64,000 nucleotides of DNA from NCBI GenBank assembly GCA_034668625.1, contig JAXDOX010000036.1, forward strand, positions 62,019-126,018. Reading direction: 5' to 3'. The DNA is from Sphingomonadales bacterium (GTDB lineage Bacteria; Pseudomonadota; Alphaproteobacteria; Sphingomonadales; Sphingomonadaceae). The notes below the pieces were generated by a model. It was given only the letters and a program-made list of their open reading frames with translations, was not told the origin of the DNA and did no database searches. Below are positions 9,743 to 19,029 of the stretch, in pieces (the first letter of the stretch is position 1; each line of letters opens with the position of its first letter). The position numbers were made by a program, and so were the translations under genes.

Positions 9743-10836
9743 TCAACCTCCAATTCTTCCCGTCGAAGCGGATCGCCTGGTACATGGCGCGGATGTTCCT
9801 GCTGCGCTCGCTGGCGGTGCTGGCGGCTTTGGTCGTCATCCTCCAGATGCTCGACCTGCTCGGCGAGACCGGCAAAATCCTCGTCCATCCCGGCAATGGC
9901 GACGCTGAGCTGTGGCGCTACGTCTCGCTGCGCCTGCCCCAGCTCATTTCCCGCTTCACGCCGTTCGCGGTGCTGCTCGGCACCTTGATCACGCTCGCCA
10001 CCTTGAACCAGAACAGCGAGGTGGTGAGCATGAAGGCGGCGGGCATCTCGGCCCACCAGATCATCGCGCCTTTGATCCTCGCCAGCCTCGGCATCGCCGC
10101 CCTGAGCTTCGCGTTCAACGAGCGGGTGGTGACGCGGGCGACGGACACCCTCTCCAGCTGGCAGGAGGTGGATTACGGGACGGTCCCGCGCGACAACGGC
10201 ATCCGCCCCAACGTCTCGATAAGATGGGGCGACGACCTCATCTTCGTGAAGCAGGTGGTGGGCGCCGGCGAAGCCACGCAGTTGAGGGGCGTCACCCTCT
10301 ACGACCGCCAGGGCGAGACCCTGAAGCGGATCGTCTCGGCCGAACGCGGGGTCCGCCAGGGCCGTGGCTGGCGGCTCGACAAGGTCACCAGCTTCGACGT
10401 CGATGCCGGCGCGCAGACCGTGGCGCCCAGGCTCCTCTACGGCCAGGGCCTCGATCCCGCCCAATTCACCCTCGCCAAAGTCAATGCCGACGAGCAGGAT
10501 CTTCGCACCTTGCGCGCCTCGATCCGCGAGCTGAAGCTCAGCGGCCGCGCCACCTCCGAGCTCGAATCCGGCCTCTGGCACAAGATTTCCGGGCCGCTGT
10601 CGGTGGTGCTGATGCCCTTGCTCGGCGCCGTCGCCGCCTTCGGCCTCGCCCGCTCGGGGCAATTGTTCATCCGCGCGGTGATCGGCATGGCGCTCGGCTT
10701 CGCTTATTTCGTCGCCGACAATTTCGCCCTCGCGATGGGCAATCTCGGTGCCTATCCGCCGCTGGTCGCCGCCTGGGCGCCCTTCCTCCTCTTCCTGCTC
10801 ATCGGCGAGACGGTGCTGATCCGGACCGAGGAGTGA
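9739..10836 (+). CDS. lptG: LPS export ABC transporter permease LptG
   Basis: Internal ATG giving MINLQFFPSKRIAWYMARMFL.... Paired with lptF. Confidence 0.85.
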   Translation: MINLQFFPSKRIAWYMARMFLLRSLAVLAALVVILQMLDLLGETGKILVHPGNGDAELWRYVSLRLPQLISRFTPFAVLLGTLITLATLNQNSEVVSMKAAGISAHQIIAPLILASLGIAALSFAFNERVVTRATDTLSSWQEVDYGTVPRDNGIRPNVSIRWGDDLIFVKQVVGAGEATQLRGVTLYDRQGETLKRIVSAERGVRQGRGWRLDKVTSFDVDAGAQTVAPRLLYGQGLDPAQFTLAKVNADEQDLRTLRASIRELKLSGRATSELESGLWHKISGPLSVVLMPLLGAVAAFGLARSGQLFIRAVIGMALGFAYFVADNFALAMGNLGAYPPLVAAWAPFLLFLLIGETVLIRTEE

Positions 10837-12335
10837 CGGGGGAAGCCGTCACCCGCTCCGAGGTGGCGAGAGGCGCCGGCCTGGTCGGCCTCTCCCGCTC
10901 GGCCGCGCTCATCGAGGCGGTCGCGCAGCCGCTGTTCATCTGGCTCTACGGCCTCGCCGGCTACGGCATCTACGTGGTGCTGTGGGGGGCGATCAACCTC
11001 GCCGAGAATGTCGTCGACCTGTCGCTGACCTCGGCGCTGCAGCGGATCGTGCCGAACGAGGACGAGGAGGAGGCGCATGCGGCGGTCAAGGCCGCCCTGC
11101 TCGCCGCGGTCATCCCCGCCGCCCTGATCGCGCTCGCCGTGACCCTGAACGCCGAGGCCGTCGCCGGCCTGTTCCACGCGGCCCCCGCCGACCGCGCCAT
11201 CCTCCCCCGCGCCGTCGCACTCTTCGCCTGGGGCCTGCCGCTGTGGACCTTCGTCGAGGTCTCGACCTCGGCCGCCCGCGCCCGCCGCGCCTTCGGGCCG
11301 GAGATCCGCCTCCGTCTGTTCTGGGAACAGATCGCCCGGATCCTGTTCGCGCTGGGCTTCTTCGCGCTCGGGGCGGGGAGCCTCGGCCTCGTTCTCGCCC
11401 ATCTCGCCAGCCTCACCCTCACCGCGGCGCTGTGCGTGCCGCTGCTCGGCCGCTTCTACGATTTGAAACGGCTCATCCGCGCGCCGCTCGGGCGGGCCCA
11501 TTTCCGGCTGCTGCTGGCGACCGGCCTCGCCTTGCTTCCAGCCAACGTGGCCCGCCGGCTGCTGACAGACGCACCGGCCTTGGTCGTCAACCTGCTCCTC
11601 CCCGGCGCGCGCGGAGCGGTCGCCGCCGGGCTGTTCGAAATCGCCCGCAAGCTCGCCACCCTGCCGCTCGCCGTCCGCCAGGCCTTCCAGTACGTAATGG
11701 CGCCGCTCGCGGCCCACCAGGCGCGGGCCGACCGCGCGAAGATCGCCCCGCTCTACCATTTCGCCAGCCGCGTCTCGACCGCTCTGGTGGTGCCGCTCGC
11801 CGGCCTGCTCGCCTTCGCCGGCGCCGACTTCCTGTCGATCTACCGGCCCGAGGCGATGGCAGCGCTGCCTTTGCTCTACATCCTCGTCGCCGCCCGCGCC
11901 GCCGAGGCGATCGTTGGGCCCGCGACCCCGATTGTCGAGATGGCCGGCCACCGCGCCTTGCCGCTGATGAATTCGGCGATCGGAGTCGCGACCTGGATCG
12001 GCCTCAGCCTGGCGCTTGTGCCGCTTTGGGGCGAAGCGGGGATGGCGGTTGCGGTCGGCGCCGCCACCGTCGTCATCGCTTATGCGGCGACGATCGAGCT
12101 CCAGGTCAGCGACGGCCTCTCGCCGTTCGACCGGAAGTTATTCCTCGGGCTCGCCGTCGCTCTCGCCGGGGTGGCGCTGATGTCGGGCGCCGAGCGCCTG
12201 TTCCACGGGCCTGCCCGCTTCGCCGCCGTCCTCCTCCTATGGGCCGCGACCAGCTGGTCGGCGCTCCGCCTAGGCCTCACCCGCGGCGACCGGGAGTCGC
12301 TCGGCGGCCTCTCCCGCCTGCTGCGGCTCGCCTGA
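10833..12335 (+). CDS. Polysaccharide biosynthesis / oligosaccharide flippase family membrane protein
   Basis: GTG 10833 overlaps the lptG stop (GTGA). About 500 aa and highly hydrophobic, with a multi-TM pattern like the MOP/Wzx-like family. The upstream 300 codons of ORF 9912..12335 are read-through inside lptG and are rejected. Confidence 0.65.
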   Translation: MTGEAVTRSEVARGAGLVGLSRSAALIEAVAQPLFIWLYGLAGYGIYVVLWGAINLAENVVDLSLTSALQRIVPNEDEEEAHAAVKAALLAAVIPAALIALAVTLNAEAVAGLFHAAPADRAILPRAVALFAWGLPLWTFVEVSTSAARARRAFGPEIRLRLFWEQIARILFALGFFALGAGSLGLVLAHLASLTLTAALCVPLLGRFYDLKRLIRAPLGRAHFRLLLATGLALLPANVARRLLTDAPALVVNLLLPGARGAVAAGLFEIARKLATLPLAVRQAFQYVMAPLAAHQARADRAKIAPLYHFASRVSTALVVPLAGLLAFAGADFLSIYRPEAMAALPLLYILVAARAAEAIVGPATPIVEMAGHRALPLMNSAIGVATWIGLSLALVPLWGEAGMAVAVGAATVVIAYAATIELQVSDGLSPFDRKLFLGLAVALAGVALMSGAERLFHGPARFAAVLLLWAATSWSALRLGLTRGDRESLGGLSRLLRLA

Positions 12336-12476
12336 GGCCCGGGAGCCACGCGGCCTTGCGCCGCCGAAACGGGGGCGACAGCGCCCTCAATCTGCCATAT
12401 TGAGATTCCAAACGGCGCCCACATATGGGGGATGCGACCCGCGGCACGCCAACGCGCTGAAAAACCAGAGGAAGAG

Positions 12477-13292
12477 ATGAAGATCGCCCAAAGCCTGCGC
12501 CCGAGCTTCTGGAGACGGGAGCATCATCTGGACAAGATGAATCTCAAGGAGCTCATCCTCGCATACTTCCAGTATCCGGCAATCCTTGCCTATCTCGCCG
12601 CCGCCGCCGCCGCGATCGCCTTCGACGCCGTCCGCCCCGCGCCGCTCGCCCCGACCCTCGCCGCGATCGCCGCAGCGACCTTGGTCTACCCGCTCGTCTG
12701 GTATCTGCTCCACCGCTGGGTGCTGCACAGCCGCTGGATGTGGCGCCACCGCCTGCTCGCCTCGACCTGGAAGCGCATCCATTACGACCACCACCAGGAC
12801 CCCAACCATTTGGAAGTGCTGTTCGGCGCCCTCCACACCACGCTGCCGACCATCGCGCTCGCCACCCTCCCCATCGGCTATGCGATCGGCCTCGCTTTCG
12901 CCCCCCACCAGCCCGACGCGGCCCTGGGCGCCGCGGCCGTGGCCTTCGCCACCGGCCTCCTCACCACCTGCTTCTACGAATTCTGCCACTGCATCCAGCA
13001 CCTCGCCTACAAGCCCAAGAACAAGTGGCTTGCGGAGATGAAGCGCCAGCACATGGCCCACCATTTTCACGACGAGACCGGCAATTACGGCATCACCAGC
13101 TTCTTCTGGGACCGCCTGCTCGGCACCTATTACGACCGCAAGGACCGCCCCAAGAAGAGCCCGACGGTGTTCAACCTCGGCTACACGCCGGAAGTGGCGG
13201 AGGAGTACCCGCACGTGGCGCGGCTCAGCGGCGGGGTCGCCACCGACCATCCGCGCGAGCGGGTGCGGGCCAAGGCGACGGCGGAGCGATAG
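12477..13292 (+). CDS. Sterol desaturase / fatty acid hydroxylase family protein
   Basis: ATG 12477 is preceded by gaggaagag. Histidine boxes are present: HRWVLH, HYDHHQDPNH, HMAHHFH. Confidence 0.8.
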   Translation: MKIAQSLRPSFWRREHHLDKMNLKELILAYFQYPAILAYLAAAAAAIAFDAVRPAPLAPTLAAIAAATLVYPLVWYLLHRWVLHSRWMWRHRLLASTWKRIHYDHHQDPNHLEVLFGALHTTLPTIALATLPIGYAIGLAFAPHQPDAALGAAAVAFATGLLTTCFYEFCHCIQHLAYKPKNKWLAEMKRQHMAHHFHDETGNYGITSFFWDRLLGTYYDRKDRPKKSPTVFNLGYTPEVAEEYPHVARLSGGVATDHPRERVRAKATAER

Positions 13293-13725
13293 CCCCCGCC
13301 CCCACGCCGCGCCCGAACGCGCCTCGGTCCCTGAAAGTGACCGGCCAGGATCCCCCGCCCCGCCAAGTGGCGCGCCTGAATCAAGACCCCAAGGCGTCGG
13401 GGATTCTGCTGCGGCCCAGCCGGGCCAGGCGCGAGGCCCGAAAGTGGCGCGGGGGAGGGTTGCGCTTAAATCACGAGCCGATGCGCTTGTTCGACGAGCG
13501 TGCGGCACAAGGCGACGCCGCTTTCGGGTCCCGTTACGACCGCAAGGACCGCCCGACTGGCCGGTCCCGGATAGTGACCGCGAAGGGATGTCGATGCCCC
13601 GCACCGGGTGCGGCAGTTACCGCGAAGGGATTGCGAACCGGAGAGGCGGCGGCGGGACGTGGCCGGTCACTGATTGTGACCGCGAAGATCGTGCCTCGTC
13701 GGCGCGTCGACCGCGGCGGCGAAGA

Positions 13726-13862
13726 GCGGCGGCGGGTGCCGGCCGCGAGGGCGAGACCTTCCGCCTCCTCCTCCCCCGCCGCGAAGCCAGGCCCGGCCTC
13801 CTCCTCGACTTCGACGCCATCGCGAAAACCCGGTCTTCGGGGCGCGGTGGCGAGGGGTGGAG
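13726..13862. repeat. Imperfect direct repeat, copy 1
   Basis: Shares long identical blocks with 13985..14109: gcggcggcggg, gcgagaccttccgcctcctcct and ctcgacttcgacgccatcgc. Confidence 0.7.
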
Positions 13863-13984
13863 GGTTCGTCTTGAAGTGGTACTTCAAGCCGGGTTGGGCG
13901 GTCACTATTGAGGACCGGCCAAGATTTTCCGCCGCGTTTTTCCCCGTACCCACGTCCCGGGTCTTTGAGGACTCCGGCTGCTGC

Positions 13985-14109
13985 GCGGCGGCGGGCTGGC
14001 GGCGAGACCTTCCGCCTCCTCCTGCCGCGAAGCCCGCCCCGGTATGCTTCTCGACTTCGACGCCATCGCCGAAAACCCCGCCTTCGAGACGCGGTGGCGG
14101 GGGGTGGAG
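13985..14109. repeat. Imperfect direct repeat, copy 2
   Basis: See copy 1. It ends about 20 bp before the GC drop that opens the dcm island. Confidence 0.7.
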
Positions 14110-14232
14110 CGGGAGCAGGAGGGAGATTTAGATATCCACAGGAAAGTCCCGTAACATCCCAGATTTAGTTGCTGGGCCTGATTTTGACGGCTACATCTCC
14201 GCGATGGTGCATCTCCAGCGCTCGCGACACCG

Positions 14233-15288
14233 ATGCTTCTGAGTCTGTTCTGCGGCTGCGGTGGGCTCGATATTGGCTTAGAGAAGGCCGAGCTCAGAGT
14301 CGGACTAGCATACGAGCTTAGAGGTTCCGCCGTCCGGTCGTACAACAGGAATCTGGGGGACGGAAACGTCGCGCGCGTGGGCGACGTGCGGTCGCTCACG
14401 TTAGCTAAGTTGGATGAAGACTTCGGGTCCGTCTTCCAGCCTCGGGGCGTCGTGGGCGGCCCGCCTTGTCAGAGCTTCTCAAGAGCGAATGCCTTGCGAA
14501 AGGCGCCGGATGCACGAAGCGAATTGGTGCGAGAATTTTTTTCGCTCGCCTTAGCGCTGCACCGTCGGTGCGAACTTGACTTCATCATAATGGAGAACGT
14601 TCCGGAGGTAGAGCAGGCTGACGGTGGGCGCCTTCTCGAGCGAGAGTTAAATCGCCTGCGGCGCGCCGGCTTTAGCGTTCGCAAAATGCATCTAAACGCC
14701 ATAAATTTCGGCGTTGCGCAAAGCCGCGAGAGACTATTTGTTACTGCCGTAAATCGAAACAAGGCTGCAGGTACGTTGCGTAGTCCTCCGATCGATAAGG
14801 AGCGCAGGACGGTATGGGACGCGATTGGGGGGCTCCCTGAACCAATCCATTTTGCGGAGGTCGCGAAGGCTGGAGCACCTATCCACCCAAACCATTGGTG
14901 CATGACTCCTCGATCCCGGCGGTTTTCTGATGGGAGCCTCACTCCTGGCTACAGTCGGGGGAGGAGTTTCAAGACGTTGGCCTGGGACCAACCAAGTCCG
15001 ACTGTCTCCTATGGACACCGTGAAGTTCATGTGCACCCAAACTGCCGACGCCGCCTAAGCGTATACGAGGCAATGTTGCTTCAAGGCTTTCCGGCGGATG
15101 TGATACTTGATGGGACACTGTCGGATCAGCTATCTCAAGTGAGCGAAGCGGTGCCACCGCCGCTCGCCGAGCAGGTCGCATTAGCAGTGACGAGCGCTCT
15201 TACGGGTCTTGCTGATCAAGTGCTTCCAGCGCGCCAACTGAGTATCCAACCTCCTGCAGAAGAAGCCGCGTTTCAGCTTTCAGCCTAG
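14233..15288 (+). CDS. dcm: DNA (cytosine-5)-methyltransferase
   Basis: All the canonical C5-MTase motifs I checked are visible: I LFCGCGGLDIGL, IV GGPPCQSFS, VI ENV, VIII QSRERLF, IX RRLSVYEAMLLQGFP, X SEAVPPPLA. Confidence 0.92.
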   Translation: MLLSLFCGCGGLDIGLEKAELRVGLAYELRGSAVRSYNRNLGDGNVARVGDVRSLTLAKLDEDFGSVFQPRGVVGGPPCQSFSRANALRKAPDARSELVREFFSLALALHRRCELDFIIMENVPEVEQADGGRLLERELNRLRRAGFSVRKMHLNAINFGVAQSRERLFVTAVNRNKAAGTLRSPPIDKERRTVWDAIGGLPEPIHFAEVAKAGAPIHPNHWCMTPRSRRFSDGSLTPGYSRGRSFKTLAWDQPSPTVSYGHREVHVHPNCRRRLSVYEAMLLQGFPADVILDGTLSDQLSQVSEAVPPPLAEQVALAVTSALTGLADQVLPARQLSIQPPAEEAAFQLSA

Positions 15289-16411
15289 CGAAGAGCTCGT
15301 TATCGTTCGCGAGCATTCGGTCAAGGTCTTCCATCTGCCGGACCTTTTGCAGCGCCCGGACCGAATAGTCCTCTTGAGGTCCACCTGGGGCCGGCGTGAT
15401 GTTCACTGCGCCGTAAACATCAGCCAGGCCGGGCGGCGGCGGCAGGAACTCGAAAACGAGAGAGGCCATTGAGGCTCTGTTGTCACCCTCGGGAGTGGTT
15501 GAGTAGCAGTACGCGTCATGGACCTTTACTTGCCAGTGCCGCCCTTGCGCGTTCCGTAACAACCACTTGGATAAGCCGAGCACTACGAACTTTAGGAATC
15601 CCGGTCCTCCACCGGAAGCGCCAGCAAGAGCGTCGTCCAGGGCTTGCTCAGGCTCTCCCATGCATGCGGGCGCCTCTCTTGCAAATCTGTCGTTCGCAGC
15701 CGCATTTGCTCTAATTACCTCGGCGAAGGTATTGAGTAACCTTTGAGATATCGTATTCGTCCGCGCGTCGGTTGTAACGTAGAGAAGCCAAGGGTCCACC
15801 GTCTTAGAAAGTTGCAGCTCGACTAGCCGGTGCACCGCGTCAATAATTCTATTGCCCTTATCCTGAGATGGGAGGCCGATAGAGCCACACGCATCAACGT
15901 TCACAACGTGATAGGGCGCACCCTTAGCAACCTCTCTATAGGCTTGGCTTTTCCAAGAACTGATCTCTTCCAGCTTGTAAGGCAACGTTAAAGAACGGTC
16001 GGTAATATATCCGGCCTTTACAAGCGCTTCTTCACGTACTCGCGCGCGCGCCATTACAGAATTGCTTTCCTCTTCTGCAAGGAAACTGGTTGATGTGAGT
16101 TCCACGCTCTCGTAAGCGCAGAGGTCCGCTAACATACGCACATCCAAATAGTCGATCCCCGCTAGTGTGAGATACTTCACCTCAAGTCGGCTGGCGCCGG
16201 GGTTCCAATGGGCTTTTAGATACCTGACAAGTTCCGCAGCGCGGTTGAGCCACTGCCTCTCACGTACGGCTTGTTTCCTAGGACGGTGCCACGGCTGCAA
16301 CGTATCCAAGGGGATCGGGACAGCGAGTTGATCCACGTCTTCCGGAAGGAGGTCCTCCTCCGAAAACGCGTCGGCAAAGTCTTCTGCGTCGTCCGCTGCC
16401 TCCTCCGACAC
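15200..16411 (-). CDS. Hypothetical protein, partner of the GHKL ATPase (no recognisable domain)
   Basis: 403 aa. GTG start overlaps the ATPase stop (TAGTG). Strongly acidic N-terminus (MSEEAADDAEDFADAFSEEDLLPEDVD). Its 3' end overlaps the dcm 3' end by 89 nt, convergently. Confidence 0.6.
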   Translation of the reverse strand: MSEEAADDAEDFADAFSEEDLLPEDVDQLAVPIPLDTLQPWHRPRKQAVRERQWLNRAAELVRYLKAHWNPGASRLEVKYLTLAGIDYLDVRMLADLCAYESVELTSTSFLAEEESNSVMARARVREEALVKAGYITDRSLTLPYKLEEISSWKSQAYREVAKGAPYHVVNVDACGSIGLPSQDKGNRIIDAVHRLVELQLSKTVDPWLLYVTTDARTNTISQRLLNTFAEVIRANAAANDRFAREAPACMGEPEQALDDALAGASGGGPGFLKFVVLGLSKWLLRNAQGRHWQVKVHDAYCYSTTPEGDNRASMASLVFEFLPPPPGLADVYGAVNITPAPGGPQEDYSVRALQKVRQMEDLDRMLANDNELFARLKAETRLLLQEVGYSVGALEALDQQDP

Positions 16412-18291
16412 TACTCGTCTACCGTATTTAGAAGATCACGGATCAATGGAACGCGCTCCGAAAGTGGCAGGCTTGACAAGACTCCATAGGACTCCAAAAC
16501 AACAGCCATCGCAACGGCCTTTGCTCTGGAGCCAAGCGGGATCAGATTTCGCCAGTCTAGATCGACCCCTGCTACTTCGCGAGGCATTACAGTAACATCC
16601 GGCGCTGAAACCGGTGGGTCTGACTCCGCGCCTTGGCGCCGTATCCACACCGCAAGAGCGTTTTCTACGAGTTGCGTTGCTGCCCTCTTGGAAGATTCTT
16701 GTCGTTCGGTTTCGAGGTCTTGGTCGGCGATCTTCTTGAGTCTGTTGACGAGCAGCCTCAGCGCACGATGTAGCCATCTCTGGATAAAAAGAAAGTGAGG
16801 ATGGCTATAGTTAAAGGATTCCCGATCAATGTTGATAGCAGGGTCCAGGCCCTCGTGAACGAATATCTCGGCCGTTATTTGCCGCAGTCTAGTCTGCTCA
16901 GAAACTTGATATCGGAGGAAAGATTGGTCAAATAGGGTACCACTCGCTCCGTGTATACGAATTAGGACGCCGGTGGTGTCCTTCGGCACGATCTTGCTAT
17001 TCCAGTAGAGATAAGCCTCAAAGCGCAGATTACCGCCCGCACGCTCTAGCGCAGTTCTGGAAAATGCTCGCCCAACCTTGCCTATCAGCATTACCGGATG
17101 TTTTAGCCTAGACTTGCGCCGCAAGGTATCCGGCAATCTGATTGGTCGCTGTAAGTGGATACCGTCAATGATGATCTCGAAGCCACCAAGAGGGTCCTTT
17201 AATCCTGCCTCAAGGGAAAAATGCTTCCGAACAGTTTCTTCGGAACCTATTGTGACTGGAAGCGCTTGAGCCTTGGTTTCACTAATCGATAGAAAGTCGA
17301 TGCCACTACTTCCAGTCTTGTCAAACGGATGCGTGTCAACGTACGGCAACGGCAACCCTAGACTTAACTGCCAGATCATCCGTAGGTATTCGTCAAAGTG
17401 TTCTAGGTCGGCTGGCTTCGTAGCCTTTTCTGAGCCAACCTCAGCAGCCTCTATGAGCCGAAGGAATCTTTTCGCCTCTCCCTCGTCCTGCTTCCACGGA
17501 AGCGCGGGCGGTATGCCGTCTGGGTGCGACTTCAGTAAGCCGGGCGGGAGTCCAATATGGTAGATTGGTGGATCCCGCACCGGCTTTCCATCCGGCCCCT
17601 TCTGCTCCGCCGCCTGCCAGCGAAGCACGCTCTGCAGCGCGCGACGGACTTCTGGACGTAGAGAGTAGAGAATGACGGTCGTGCCGTGCGAGTCGATTTC
17701 CCGTTTGGGAACCGGCTCTGCTTTGATTTTAACACGGCCGGCGGCGTAACGACGCCCCTTCGGCAGGTCCCGAAGCGCCTTTTCATTATGAGTTCGCAGG
17801 AGCACTGTCGCCGACGTTCTTGTGAGTTCCCCTCGCGCTTTAGTGATGATCTGAAAGTGTTGTGTGAGCTGAGCAACCGCGAAAAGGCCTATGCCGATCT
17901 TTCCGATTAGAGGCCGTCCGCCGGGACTGAAATCAGGGTTCCCCGGATCGACCGTTTCCAGCTCCGCACCCGAACTTGTACGCTTGGAGCTGCCACCAAT
18001 GCTCTTCACGACGTAAGCGACGGTGTCGGGCCGCATACCATTGCCATTGTCTCGAACAACGACTTGCGAGAAATCAGGGGCGCCGGTTTCTATGACTACC
18101 CGTGTTGCGTCGGCATCATAGGCATTAGCGATCAGCTCCCGATAGGCCGCCCATGGTTCACGGTAAATTCCGTCCGTGACGCGCGCAATAATTCTCTCAT
18201 TTGTCGAGAGTTCCGTCTCGACTACTTCGCCTGTTTCGGCGCTTTGACGAATGCGACTTGCTAGCGTCTCGATTTCGGCGCGATCAGCCAC
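16411..18291 (-). CDS. GHKL-superfamily ATPase (MutL/MORC/Hsp90-like Bergerat fold) with a long uncharacterised C-terminal region
   Basis: GTG start with AGGAGGGG 5 nt upstream. N box ELIANAYDA, G1 box VRDNGNGM, G2 box GKIGIGLFA. I recognise nothing in the roughly 400 aa downstream. Confidence 0.8.
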   Translation of the reverse strand: MADRAEIETLASRIRQSAETGEVVETELSTNERIIARVTDGIYREPWAAYRELIANAYDADATRVVIETGAPDFSQVVVRDNGNGMRPDTVAYVVKSIGGSSKRTSSGAELETVDPGNPDFSPGGRPLIGKIGIGLFAVAQLTQHFQIITKARGELTRTSATVLLRTHNEKALRDLPKGRRYAAGRVKIKAEPVPKREIDSHGTTVILYSLRPEVRRALQSVLRWQAAEQKGPDGKPVRDPPIYHIGLPPGLLKSHPDGIPPALPWKQDEGEAKRFLRLIEAAEVGSEKATKPADLEHFDEYLRMIWQLSLGLPLPYVDTHPFDKTGSSGIDFLSISETKAQALPVTIGSEETVRKHFSLEAGLKDPLGGFEIIIDGIHLQRPIRLPDTLRRKSRLKHPVMLIGKVGRAFSRTALERAGGNLRFEAYLYWNSKIVPKDTTGVLIRIHGASGTLFDQSFLRYQVSEQTRLRQITAEIFVHEGLDPAINIDRESFNYSHPHFLFIQRWLHRALRLLVNRLKKIADQDLETERQESSKRAATQLVENALAVWIRRQGAESDPPVSAPDVTVMPREVAGVDLDWRNLIPLGSRAKAVAMAVVLESYGVLSSLPLSERVPLIRDLLNTVDE

Positions 18292-18314
18292 TCAGCCCCT
18301 CCTGAGCGGCGACG

Positions 18315-18779
18315 CTAGGACAGATGCTTGTCGGCATCAACATTTTGGTTCGCCACAGACGGCGGCGGTGCCGAGGCGAGAAAATCCCGAAGCCGCCTCT
18401 TGAGTGCCGCCGAATCAGCCGTTTCGCAATCCCATATGGTTAGGACGCGCCACCCGGCGGTCTCGAGCGCTGCTCGGCTCCTCTCGTCCCTCGCAACAGT
18501 CGCCGCAAATTTCGGCTCCCAGTATTCCTGTCGGCTTTTTGGGTCGGAGCAATCCGGGCATCCCGCGTGCCGATGCCAAAAGCAGCCATGAACGAAAATT
18601 ATGGCTCGCATTCCAGGAAACACCAAATCCGGCTTCCCAGGAAGGTCCCGGCGATGCAACCGGAAGCGAAAGCCCAACGCATGAGCTGTCCGCCGTACCG
18701 CGAGTTCGGGCTTTGTGTCTTTCGATCGGATCCGCGCCATGTTGGCACTTCGTCTCTCGGGAGATAGGCGCTCAGCCAC
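18315..18779 (-). CDS. vsr: Very short patch repair endonuclease
   Basis: RRSANMARIRSKDTKPE, ...DLPGKPDLVF...AIFVHGCFWHRH..C and ...YWEPKF..N..RD are hallmark Vsr motifs. Confidence 0.9.
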   Translation of the reverse strand: MAERLSPERRSANMARIRSKDTKPELAVRRTAHALGFRFRLHRRDLPGKPDLVFPGMRAIIFVHGCFWHRHAGCPDCSDPKSRQEYWEPKFAATVARDERSRAALETAGWRVLTIWDCETADSAALKRRLRDFLASAPPPSVANQNVDADKHLS

Positions 18780-18806
18780 TATGGATCCAAAGCGGCAAAG
18801 CGCTCT

Positions 18807-19028
18807 TCAATTACCAATCCGTTCGCCGCTGCGGGCGTAATAGCGTTCCGGGCAGCCCAAATGGTTTTTGCCCATGTGCCCTTCCAGACGAAAGGTCTTA
18901 CCATTTGCAAGCCGGCTGCGGAGCTCTCCCTGCGTCTCCAGCGGCACCAACACTCCGCCGCCGCCTTGATAGCGAAGATACCACGTACCATCGACTTCGA
19001 AGACGGTTCCGAAGATTTCACTTTCCAT
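18807..19028 (-). CDS. Small hypothetical protein (73 aa)
   Basis: ATG 19028 lies 2 nt after the XRE gene stop, with GGAGGG 5 nt upstream. Sequence begins MESEIFGTVFEVDGTWYLRYQGGGG.... No recognisable family. Confidence 0.45.
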   Translation of the reverse strand: MESEIFGTVFEVDGTWYLRYQGGGGVLVPLETQGELRSRLANGKTFRLEGHMGKNHLGCPERYYARSGERIGN

Positions 19029-19029
19029 C

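Noticed and set aside
13130-13554. 21-nt duplicate as attL/attR of the dcm island
   Set aside because: Both copies lie on the same (left) side of the low-GC island, only about 400 bp apart. I found no matching copy near 19.0-19.4 kb, and there is no integrase.
12740-14131. 463-aa plus-strand ORF spanning the repeat field
   Set aside because: It is out of frame with the desaturase gene. It is Pro/Arg-rich with low complexity, and it simply reads through the non-coding repeats.
13293-14232. Possible CRISPR array
   Set aside because: The repeats are of unequal length and irregular spacing, with both orientations mixed. There are no cas genes and no uniform spacer structure.
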